Assembly: GCA_964406665.1 (NCBI GenBank)
Contig: CAYOSQ010000001.1
Location: 71,412 to 135,411, forward strand
Source of the DNA: an uncultured Planctomycetia bacterium
GTDB taxonomy: Bacteria; Omnitrophota; Gorgyraeia; VGKH01; JBHPFN01
Reading direction: 5' to 3'
Length of the DNA: 64,000 nt
The translations under genes and the position numbers were made by a program. Shown here one piece after another: positions 22,259 to 30,368 of the stretch. The stretch's first letter is position 1, and every line of letters starts with the position of its first letter. Below the pieces are notes generated by a model that was not told the DNA's origin, searched no databases, and saw only the letters and a program-made list of their open reading frames with translations.

Positions 22259-25200
22259 ATGCGTAGCTGTAAAAACAGTCAGAGTATTTGTTTAAAAACA
22301 ATCATCGCAAGATGTATTCTTGCGATTCTTACATTGTCCTTTTTTTCTGCAAGCCTTCTTTTTCTCTCCAGCAGCCCAGCTTACTCTGAAGACCTTTCTG
22401 ATTTCCTCTGTGAATTAGCCACCAAATATTATGAGCGCGGAGATTATCCTAACGCGTTACACGAATTCAAAAAAGCTTTAATGATCAATCCCCATAATCG
22501 CACTGCGCAAAAATACATTGCAATTATCAGCGATCTAGAAGAAGTTGTTGTTGAGCCATCACCTTATCTGCCCATCGAAAGCATTCCTCAGGAATACAGA
22601 GACAAAGCTATTAAAAATGCACTGGATAGTTTTGATGAGGTTATTTTTGTAAAAGAGCCATATATCCAAGAAGAAACAGAATCTCAACCACCATTAATTA
22701 TTATTGATTCAGATGACGAACAAACTTTTCCTCAAGAAGAGCTGGATAAGTTTGATGAGGTCAGGGTCTCTAGAGAGCAGACTATTTTGGAAGATGTTCC
22801 TAAAGAACCCTCGATAGTAATATCTCCTGTGCAGGATAGGGAGATTATTGTTCGAAGTGCGCTCGATGAATTCGAAGCACGGTATGGGGCGGAAGATATT
22901 GTAGATATTGTGCCAGAGCCAGAAGAGATTGTTGAGGAAGAGCCCGAACACGAAGAAGCTATTTATTATCCTATCGAACCAGAGGAAGAATTTCCAGAGG
23001 AATTTGTTTCTACATCTTATGTTGAACCTTCCACAGACATAGAAAAGCCAAAGGGTTTTAAGCGTCTTTATCTTAATGTAGAAGTTAGGGCTTCGCAGCC
23101 ACAAACACAAATAAGTTTACAAATAGACAGAGATTTAATAATTATTGGAAGTAATATTGCTAGGTTTCTTGTGATTAATCCTGAAATTTTAGAGATTGTT
23201 AGATTGCGTCCCGACGAGATAAAGCTTGTGGCTAAGAAAATTGGAAGTACTTACGTGCATATCTGGGATGATGAAGGCCGGTGGACTTTTATCGTTCAAG
23301 TGTCACCGTTTCGCTCTGGCAGGCCGACACTTGCCGAGCTATATCGTCAGCAAGCCGAAGAGGCTGGTTCGTTAAAATTCCATTATTATAATGAATGGCG
23401 TTCGTTTTATTCTGGAAGAAGAGCGGATAACCTAACAAGGGATTCTCTTACTCTATATCAAAGCTTGGGTCTTGATATGCAGACTCCTTATGGAGATGTT
23501 GATGGCCGCGTTCAATTAAACAGGCTAAATGAAGAAAGCGAGCTCTCATTTTATACTTTAGGATTAACCGATGGCATGGTAGGTCCGTTTAAGAATTTTG
23601 ATCTACGTGCTTTAGATTATTATATAGATTTTGATAATATTTCTTTTGGTGGTGCGAGCTTGCGCGGTGTGAGGTTAGATGCAGAAGCATTTAATGAAAA
23701 AGTGGATTATACGGTTTTCTGGGGCAAAGAGAAAAGTGGGGCATTTGGTCCACTTGCTCCGGGGCTTGAGGGTTCAAACAAGTCATATCTTAAAGGTATA
23801 AATTTTGGATTCAACTCTCCGGAAAACCTTTATCAGACGCTTTCCTATTTCGCCGGATATGGTTCTGATAGGAGTTCTTTGTTGTTCCAAGATGCCTATG
23901 ATTATACGGGCGAGCTTAACTTAGGCGATACAAAATTATTTACCAACGTCGGACACGATGGCTATTCTCTGGCTTATATGCTAAGAGGTGTATATACCGT
24001 TCCTAAGCTTCAGTTAGCCGGCGAGTTTAGAAATATTGACGATGATTTTTATAGCATAACCGGCAGACCTTATGCATCAGGAGAAGTTGGTGGTTTGGTG
24101 AGCTATCGCTATGCCCCTTCCAGAGATCTAGATATCTCAGGACGCCTGAATGTTTATAGGGACACCTTGTTTCCTAACCCTCAACACAAAGAAAGATATA
24201 ATGCGGATTTCGATACTGCCATACGCTATACCATTAATCCTAGTACATCTATGAGGTTAGATTATTATAATGTTCATGATACCGGCACTATATCGCCGCA
24301 TAAAGATGAGTCTGTAGGATTATCCTTGTACAAAACAATTGATTTCATTAGGCCGCTTAGTACGTTTGTAAACTTAAGACATCAATCTAGTAAAAATCCT
24401 AGTTCGACAACTCTGGACTATAAAAATGAAAAAGCTGGCTTTGGCGTAAGAGTTGGCTTAACCGATACGCTTAATTATTATATCTCCAAGGAATTCAATT
24501 GGCTGGAGGATTATGCCGGAGATGTAGAAAAACCGCATGTTTTTGAGACGGGGCTTGATTATAATACCCAAATTCTCGACAGCCCGTTTTATATAACCTC
24601 TAGGCTTTATTTCCGGGATGAAGAAAATGCTGCTTCAACAAGAAGTTTCTTGGCTGGTGAAGATAATTTAGAAGGACAGGCTGAATTAAGGTATACCCCC
24701 AACGAAGATTTTAATTGCTACGCAAATCTACGAGTTAATAACTACTGGGCGGAAAACGCCGATACTACCAAGCGCACAGAAGCAGAGATTCGTTTCGGTA
24801 CACAATGGACTTTTGATACCGGCTTGAAATGGAATCCCATAGGTAGCATAACAGGCATTGTTTTTAAAGACTTGAATTCAGATGGCAAGCGTCAAGCGGA
24901 CGAGATTGTTATGAAGGATATTAAAATTTTCTTAGGAAGAGAAAAATTTGATATAACCGATGAAGAAGGAGCGTATATCTTTAAAAATATCCGTGCTCGC
25001 AAAGCCTTTGTTTACTTAGATACTAATACGCTACCAGCTGGATATGTGCCGACGGAAGAGAAATCCCAAGAGATAACAATTCAAAACGGCAAACTTATAA
25101 ATGTTGATTTTGGTGTTATAGCGCGTTCCGAAATATATGGTATTGTGTTTAAAGACTTAAATAGCAACGGAGAATTTGATGCTCAAGACGAAGGCGTGAG

Positions 25201-25420
25201 AGATGCTGTTCTATCTTTAGAAGATGGTTTAACAACCTCTACGAATGCAAGAGGTCAGTTTTATTTAAGAGAAGTTGCTCCTGGAAAACACACTCTTACC
25301 CTAGACATAAATAGCCTACCTATTAATCTTATTCCTTTGGTGCCGTTATTTAAAGAGATAGAGGTGTTTGAGGGAATTACCTATGTGCACAATATTCCTT
25401 TGAAAGAAACACAAGACTAA
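22259..25420 (+). CDS. large outer-membrane/cell-surface protein: N-terminal TPR, acidic linker, pilus-assembly (CpaC/secretin-N-like) domain, beta-rich Y/G/D/N region, and two C-terminal Cna-B/SdrD-B-like domains; putative usher-like component
   Basis: Motifs LQIDRDLIIIGSNIARFLVINPEILEIVRLRPDEIKLVAKKIGSTYVHIWDDEG; duplicated GIVFKDLNS(D/N)G...D modules at the C-terminus. Confidence 0.45.
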   Translation: MRSCKNSQSICLKTIIARCILAILTLSFFSASLLFLSSSPAYSEDLSDFLCELATKYYERGDYPNALHEFKKALMINPHNRTAQKYIAIISDLEEVVVEPSPYLPIESIPQEYRDKAIKNALDSFDEVIFVKEPYIQEETESQPPLIIIDSDDEQTFPQEELDKFDEVRVSREQTILEDVPKEPSIVISPVQDREIIVRSALDEFEARYGAEDIVDIVPEPEEIVEEEPEHEEAIYYPIEPEEEFPEEFVSTSYVEPSTDIEKPKGFKRLYLNVEVRASQPQTQISLQIDRDLIIIGSNIARFLVINPEILEIVRLRPDEIKLVAKKIGSTYVHIWDDEGRWTFIVQVSPFRSGRPTLAELYRQQAEEAGSLKFHYYNEWRSFYSGRRADNLTRDSLTLYQSLGLDMQTPYGDVDGRVQLNRLNEESELSFYTLGLTDGMVGPFKNFDLRALDYYIDFDNISFGGASLRGVRLDAEAFNEKVDYTVFWGKEKSGAFGPLAPGLEGSNKSYLKGINFGFNSPENLYQTLSYFAGYGSDRSSLLFQDAYDYTGELNLGDTKLFTNVGHDGYSLAYMLRGVYTVPKLQLAGEFRNIDDDFYSITGRPYASGEVGGLVSYRYAPSRDLDISGRLNVYRDTLFPNPQHKERYNADFDTAIRYTINPSTSMRLDYYNVHDTGTISPHKDESVGLSLYKTIDFIRPLSTFVNLRHQSSKNPSSTTLDYKNEKAGFGVRVGLTDTLNYYISKEFNWLEDYAGDVEKPHVFETGLDYNTQILDSPFYITSRLYFRDEENAASTRSFLAGEDNLEGQAELRYTPNEDFNCYANLRVNNYWAENADTTKRTEAEIRFGTQWTFDTGLKWNPIGSITGIVFKDLNSDGKRQADEIVMKDIKIFLGREKFDITDEEGAYIFKNIRARKAFVYLDTNTLPAGYVPTEEKSQEITIQNGKLINVDFGVIARSEIYGIVFKDLNSNGEFDAQDEGVRDAVLSLEDGLTTSTNARGQFYLREVAPGKHTLTLDINSLPINLIPLVPLFKEIEVFEGITYVHNIPLKETQD

Positions 25421-25471
25421 TTTCGTAAAGCCATGGATGAGAGTGGTCAGGATTATTTTTGTGGCGCAGCA

Positions 25472-25726
25472 TTATCTTTCATAAAAGCTGTACAATTTAG
25501 CTTCTGTTAAGCGCTCTTCCTGAACACACAGCCTTTTTGTAGTATCTCGAATTTCAGCTTTAGCAGCTTCGATTTCACTTTGTTCTGTGTCCATCTCTAG
25601 CAATGCAGGGATTCTTGCAGAAACAGAAACTCGAGCAGTATTACCTGCCTCTACCGCGCTAGCCATCAAAGCGCAACCCAGCAAAATAATAACTAAAACG
25701 TTTGTAATAATCATTGTCTTTTTCAT
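25472..25726 (-). CDS. small secreted hypothetical protein (start at MKKTMII, preceded by GGAGGTG)
   Basis: Signal peptide followed by a charged helical region; the gene downstream of the tandem riboswitch candidates. Confidence 0.5.
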   Translation of the reverse strand: MKKTMIITNVLVIILLGCALMASAVEAGNTARVSVSARIPALLEMDTEQSEIEAAKAEIRDTTKRLCVQEERLTEAKLYSFYER

Positions 25727-25754
25727 CGGTACCACCTCCATAAATTTTCAAAAA

Positions 25755-25782
25755 AAGCCCCTTCGAAAGAAGGGGCTTTGCA
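25755..25782 (-). terminator. intrinsic terminator (expression platform of riboswitch 2)
   Basis: Minus strand aaagcccctt-ctttcgaa-ggggcttt followed by TTTTTTGAAAATTT, immediately upstream of the CDS start. Confidence 0.55.
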
Positions 25783-25812
25783 AGTAGCAGTTAACGGAAT
25801 CCAAAATAAGGA

Positions 25813-25905
25813 CTACGGCAACCCGACAACCATAAAGACAGCCGATGTCTTTTTAGGCTCAAGGCTTTGTGCCCTACTCTTTCGAAGTAGTTTACTTTTA
25901 AGGAT
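25813..25905 (-). ncRNA. candidate c-di-GMP-I (GEMM) riboswitch aptamer, copy 2 (proximal to the CDS)
   Basis: Minus-strand RNA GUAAACUACUUCGAAAGAGUAGGGCACAAAGCCUUGAGCCUAAAAAGACAUCGGCUGUCUUUAUGGUUGUCGGGUUGCC matches the recalled GEMM-I consensus (GCAAACC, GAAA-capped P1, GGACGCAAAGCC, GGGUUACC-like 3' end). Confidence 0.55.
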
Positions 25906-25929
25906 TTGAAAGAACGTTGCTTCCAACAA

Positions 25930-25960
25930 AAAACCCTAGAATTTTTCTAGGGTTGCTACT
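25930..25960 (-). terminator. intrinsic terminator (expression platform of riboswitch 1)
   Basis: Minus strand ccctagaaaaattctaggg followed by TTTTTTGTTGG. Confidence 0.55.
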
Positions 25961-25961
25961 T

Positions 25962-26042
25962 TTGGCAACCCTGCCGCCTTCCCCCTTTCGGGAATAAGGC
26001 CGTTGGTTTTGCGTCCTTAGATTTCTCTAAGTTTGCCTTTTT
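25962..26042 (-). ncRNA. candidate c-di-GMP-I (GEMM) riboswitch aptamer, copy 1 (distal)
   Basis: Minus-strand RNA GCAAACUUAGAGAAAUCUAAGGACGCAAAACCAACGGCCUUAUUCCCGAAAGGGGGAAGGCGGCAGGGUUGCC; P1 CUUAGA-GAAA-UCUAAG with the GACGCAAAACC core. Confidence 0.5.
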
Positions 26043-26237
26043 CAAAAGCTAATATACTCTATAGAAACTATAGCACACAAAAAGCGCTTTTTCAAGTTGG
26101 CCAGGTAAATTTCTGAAAATTTTTAAACATCCTATTATGACATTTAAGCGTAACCGCTGAATTAGCTTTACTTTAGGTTTCTGCTATGATAGAATAGCAT
26201 TCACATTCAACAATATTTTTTAATCAAAAAACAAAAA

Positions 26238-28067
26238 ATGTGCGGCATAGTAGGTTATATAGGAAGCAATAATGCATTGCCGATGTTAGTTAAGGGTCTG
26301 CAGAGGCTCGAATATCGAGGCTATGATTCTGCCGGCATAGGGGTTATTGCTGAAGGTGAAATAGCAATCCGCAAAAGACCGGGAAAACTTAGGGATCTTA
26401 TGTGGTCTCTTAAACATTTTCCGTTTAAAGAAGCTACTGTTGGTATAGCCCATACGCGTTGGGCAACTCACGGTGTGCCTAATCAAGCCAATGCTCATCC
26501 CCATTCCAGCAATTCTAAAAAGATAGCACTTGTTCATAACGGAATAATTGAAAACTATCAGTCTCTCAAGGATAAATTAATAAAGCAGGGAGTACAATTT
26601 AACTCTGATACTGATACAGAAGTAATAGTACAGCTGATTGATAAATATTACAAGAATGATTTAAAAGAAGCGGTTCTCAAAGTGCTTAGGCTCATAAAAG
26701 GTTCTTATGCCTTAGCCATCATTTCTTTAGATCAGCCCGACAGGATAATTGCAGCTAGGCAGGATTCTCCGTTGATAATAGCTAAGGGTAAAATTGGAAA
26801 TTTCGTTGCCTCTGATTGTCCTGCTATCATGGAATACACAAAAGATGTAGTCTATCTCGAAGATGGACAACTAGCCAGCATTACTAAAAACAATATTGAG
26901 ATTTTTAACGTATCCAGCGGTAAAAAAGTTTCTTATAAATGGCATAAGCTTACATATGATATTTCTGCTGCAGAAAAAGAAGGCTATCCACATTTTATGC
27001 TTAAGGAAATTTTCGAACAGCCCAAGGTGGCCAATAAGATTATCTCGTCTCGCATTTCCGGTAACAAGATAGCATTTAACGAGCTAAAAATAAAGGACAG
27101 CGCTTTAAAGAAGACAAAAAATATCGTTATTGTTGCCTGTGGCACTGCGTATCATGCTGGTCTCGTCGGCAAATATATTATAGAGACAGTTGCGCGCATA
27201 CCGGTTAATGTGGATGTATCAAGCGAGTTTCGTTATCGCGACCCACTAATAGATAAGAACACTTTGGTTATTGCTATAAGTCAATCAGGAGAAACCGCTG
27301 ATACTCTTGCAGCGGTTCGTTTGGCTAAACAGAAAAAGGCAAAGATATTATCTATTTGTAATGTTGTGGGTTCGTCTTTAGTTAGAGATTCTCATGGAGT
27401 GATTTATACCTATGCCGGTCCGGAAATCGGAGTGGCGTCTACTAAGGCTTATACTGCGCAGCTGGAGATCTTGTATTTATTCGGCTTGCACCTTGCCAAG
27501 CTTAGAGGCGCGGTATCTGTGGGAGTTCTCAAGAAGCTTTTGTCGACATTCAAAAATATTCCTCGTTTGCAGAAGAAAATTTTAGCAAGCGAAAAGGCAA
27601 TAAAGCGCATTGCAGAGCGACATCATCATTTTGGAAGCTTCCTATATTTAGGAAGGAACATCAACTTTCCTACAGCACTAGAAGGAGCGTTAAAGCTAAA
27701 AGAAATTTCCTATATTCCGGCAGAAGGATACGCTGCTGGAGAGATGAAGCATGGCCCCATTGCATTGATTGATGAATATAGAGCTGTTGTTTGTGTGGCA
27801 ACCGCGTCTTCCGTATATGAAAAAATGTTATCCAACATTCAAGAAATACGTGCTCGACAGGGAACAGTTGTTGCGGTTGCAAGTCAGAATGATAAAGACA
27901 TACAAAACTATGTAAAAGAAGCTATCTTTATTCCGCGCTCGCAAGAGCTTTTTTCACCACTGCTGACCATTGTCCCTCTTCAGCTTCTTGCATATTATGT
28001 TGCTGTACGCCGTGGTTGCGATGTAGACCAGCCGCGCAATTTAGCAAAATCCGTAACAGTCGAATAG
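26238..28067 (+). CDS. glmS: glutamine--fructose-6-phosphate aminotransferase
   Basis: MCGIVGYIG N-terminal nucleophile, two SIS domains, C-terminal ...KSVTVE. Confidence 0.95.
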   Translation: MCGIVGYIGSNNALPMLVKGLQRLEYRGYDSAGIGVIAEGEIAIRKRPGKLRDLMWSLKHFPFKEATVGIAHTRWATHGVPNQANAHPHSSNSKKIALVHNGIIENYQSLKDKLIKQGVQFNSDTDTEVIVQLIDKYYKNDLKEAVLKVLRLIKGSYALAIISLDQPDRIIAARQDSPLIIAKGKIGNFVASDCPAIMEYTKDVVYLEDGQLASITKNNIEIFNVSSGKKVSYKWHKLTYDISAAEKEGYPHFMLKEIFEQPKVANKIISSRISGNKIAFNELKIKDSALKKTKNIVIVACGTAYHAGLVGKYIIETVARIPVNVDVSSEFRYRDPLIDKNTLVIAISQSGETADTLAAVRLAKQKKAKILSICNVVGSSLVRDSHGVIYTYAGPEIGVASTKAYTAQLEILYLFGLHLAKLRGAVSVGVLKKLLSTFKNIPRLQKKILASEKAIKRIAERHHHFGSFLYLGRNINFPTALEGALKLKEISYIPAEGYAAGEMKHGPIALIDEYRAVVCVATASSVYEKMLSNIQEIRARQGTVVAVASQNDKDIQNYVKEAIFIPRSQELFSPLLTIVPLQLLAYYVAVRRGCDVDQPRNLAKSVTVE

Positions 28068-28075
28068 TTTGCGAA

Positions 28076-28762
28076 ATGCTTTATATAGTCTCAACACCCA
28101 TAGGCAATTTAAAAGATATTACGTTAAGAGCTATCGAAGTTTTAAAAAACGTAGATATCATCGCTGCAGAAGATACGCGTCAGACTAAAAAGCTTACCAC
28201 TCATTATGGAATAAAAACCCCGCTTACCAGCTATTTTGAACATAATAAAACCACAAAAGGTCAATATATTCTTAAGCTTCTTAAAGAAGGAAAAGATGTT
28301 GCCTTGGTATCTGATGCCGGAACTCCGGGAATAAGTGATCCGGGATACTATGTTATTAATCTAGCCATGGAAAACAAAATGGAAGTATCAGTCATTCCTG
28401 GGGCTACCGCATTAATTGCCGCCTTAACATTGTCAGGGTTGCCGTTACATAAATTTGTTTTTGAAGGATTTCTTCCTATTAGGCAAGCAGCTCGTAAGAA
28501 GCGCCTTCAAGAGCTATCTTCGGAAGGTAGAACAGTAATTTTTTATGAATCCCCCCATAGATTGATTAGATGCCTTGAAGATATTATAGAGGTTTTGGAT
28601 GATCCCGAAATTGTTTGTTGCAGAGAGCTTACGAAAAAATTCGAGGAGACAAAAAAAAGCCGCACAAGCATCATTCTTGAACATTTTCGCCATAACAAGC
28701 CACGGGGTGAATTTGTGCTGGTTTTTAACCTGAAAAGCAAAAAATATTTGTCAAGACAGTAA
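28076..28762 (+). CDS. rsmI: 16S rRNA (cytidine1402-2'-O)-methyltransferase RsmI (start trimmed to MLYIVSTPIGN)
   Basis: LYIVSTPIGNLKDITLRAIEVL...AEDTR tetrapyrrole-methylase-fold motifs. Confidence 0.85.
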   Translation: MLYIVSTPIGNLKDITLRAIEVLKNVDIIAAEDTRQTKKLTTHYGIKTPLTSYFEHNKTTKGQYILKLLKEGKDVALVSDAGTPGISDPGYYVINLAMENKMEVSVIPGATALIAALTLSGLPLHKFVFEGFLPIRQAARKKRLQELSSEGRTVIFYESPHRLIRCLEDIIEVLDDPEIVCCRELTKKFEETKKSRTSIILEHFRHNKPRGEFVLVFNLKSKKYLSRQ

Positions 28763-28823
28763 ATTTAACCAATTGATATATAACGGCTTACATTGAAAAC
28801 CTCTATTAACTATTTTACCAGCT

Positions 28824-28851
28824 TGTTAATTAAATCTGTGCGTGCTATACT
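28824..28851 (+). promoter_or_regulatory. sigma70-like promoter (TTGTTA-17-TATACT) ahead of a roughly 160-nt leader of the pilin-like gene
   Basis: Hexamers and spacing visible in the sequence. Confidence 0.35.
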
Positions 28852-29016
28852 TTATATAGACAATGTTGAAAGGGTTGCCCGTCCAGAAATCTGGATTGGG
28901 TGGCAAAACTATAGGACCGCTTTGTTTAGCAGCGGCAACCAGTTGCCAGCATTGAATAATGTAGACCCATTCTAATGGAGTGGGTTATTTTTTATGGGTT
29001 TTAAAAGGAGATTAAA

Positions 29017-30342
29017 ATGAGGTCAAGAGGATTTTCTTTACAAGAAGTTCTGATTACTATTGTTTTAGTTCTTGTTTTAGGTGGGGCAGCGTTTAAAGCA
29101 CTTGTTGTTGGCCAAAACACATTTTTTTCTAGCTCTGCTCTGCTAGACTTGCAGCAACATGCTCGTGAAGGCATAGATAGAATGACAGATGAATTACGAC
29201 ACAGCGCATCGGGAAAAGTTACAATTTATCAATGTCCTTCAGAAGTATGTGAGGGTGGCGCTATAGCATTTCAGGTTCCTGTAGTTACGGATGATCCTAT
29301 AGCTGGAAGCACATTTAAACCAACCGGCTTTGGTGCCGCACAGAAAAAGTGGGGGTTTGATGGAAGGGAAAGTTCTTCACCAATTATTTATTTGGCTCCT
29401 GCTGCCGGCGGTGCTTTGTCTCAATATAGTGGTAAATTAATTAGATTAACATCCAAAGATCAATATTGTGGAAATGGTATCTGTGAGACCGGAGAAACAA
29501 TAGCTTGTTGTCCTGATTGTAGTTTTGTTTCTGGTGATGGAGTATGTTGTTCTAATTTAGGAGAACGCTCTTGGAATTCTAGCGATTGCGGGGCTTGTTT
29601 TCTTAAAGAGACGCCCATACAGATGGCAGATGGAACTTCAAAAAATATTGAAGATATAAAAATTGGTGATATGGTATTATCTTTTGATGAGCAGGAAAAG
29701 AAGTTAGTGGCTGACGAAGTAAAAAACGTTGCTAAACAAAAAGCAGATAATTATATTATAATAAATGGCCATTTAAGGGTTACACCCAATCATCCGTTTT
29801 ATAGTAATGGTCGATGGATGCCCATAGGAGATCTACAAGTAGGAGATGTTATTTTTACTTCACAAGCCAAAGAAGAGCTTATTACGGAAATTGTAAAAGT
29901 TGAAGATACTGTTGAAGTATATGATATAGAAGTTAATCCATATCATAATTATTTTGCCGGAGGCTATCTAGTGCACAATAAGGAGGTATTGCCAGAAATA
30001 CCACCAGTTATGGAAGGTGGCGGTTCGTTTGAAATACCTGGCGGGCGCAGTTGGCTAGGGCCTCGTTTGTTTCTAGGCATAGCCTTTGCTCAGGAAGTTT
30101 CTCCTTTAGCACCAAATATAGATATGTATGATACATTGCCTGCGCTTGACAGTATATCTAATTATGATATTAAGATTCTTGCAGAAGACGTTAGAGGGGT
30201 TTATTTTCTTGGTACGCCCCTTCCGCCGGATAAGCCAAACACCGTAACAGTATTTGTGGATATGTATAAAGAGATTTTTGGCGGCGGTGACGTGCAGACA
30301 CATTTATCAACAGAGATGAAGTTAAGAAATCTTAGTTTGTAA
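29017..30342 (+). CDS. type IV pilin-like protein (class III signal peptide RG|FSLQE) with a Cys-rich module and an embedded Hint/BIL domain (about nt 29596..29979)
   Basis: N-terminal MRSRGFSLQEVLITIVLVLVL; Hint blocks CFLKETPIQMADGTSKNIEDIKIGDMVLS, TPNHPFY and VYDIEVNPYHNYFAGGYLVHN. Confidence 0.6.
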   Translation: MRSRGFSLQEVLITIVLVLVLGGAAFKALVVGQNTFFSSSALLDLQQHAREGIDRMTDELRHSASGKVTIYQCPSEVCEGGAIAFQVPVVTDDPIAGSTFKPTGFGAAQKKWGFDGRESSSPIIYLAPAAGGALSQYSGKLIRLTSKDQYCGNGICETGETIACCPDCSFVSGDGVCCSNLGERSWNSSDCGACFLKETPIQMADGTSKNIEDIKIGDMVLSFDEQEKKLVADEVKNVAKQKADNYIIINGHLRVTPNHPFYSNGRWMPIGDLQVGDVIFTSQAKEELITEIVKVEDTVEVYDIEVNPYHNYFAGGYLVHNKEVLPEIPPVMEGGGSFEIPGGRSWLGPRLFLGIAFAQEVSPLAPNIDMYDTLPALDSISNYDIKILAEDVRGVYFLGTPLPPDKPNTVTVFVDMYKEIFGGGDVQTHLSTEMKLRNLSL

Positions 30343-30368
30343 ACTTATATTTTTGAAGAAAGTGAGTA

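Noticed and set aside
25786-26060. 6S RNA, tmRNA, SRP RNA or RNase P RNA in the structured minus-strand region
   Set aside because: None of the signature sequences I recall for these RNAs (tmRNA GGGG...ACCA ends and tag ORF, RNase P GGAAAGUCCGG, SRP GGAAGCAGCC) are present; the GEMM-I consensus fits much better.
26041-26237. Possible glmS ribozyme upstream of glmS
   Set aside because: The sequence lacks the conserved glmS ribozyme core elements as I recall them; structured RNA signals in this spacer belong to the minus-strand GEMM candidates instead.
28793-28975. 60-aa plus-strand ORF between rsmI and the pilin gene
   Set aside because: It lies inside the predicted promoter and leader of the pilin gene, has no SD, and has atypical composition; more likely a non-coding leader.
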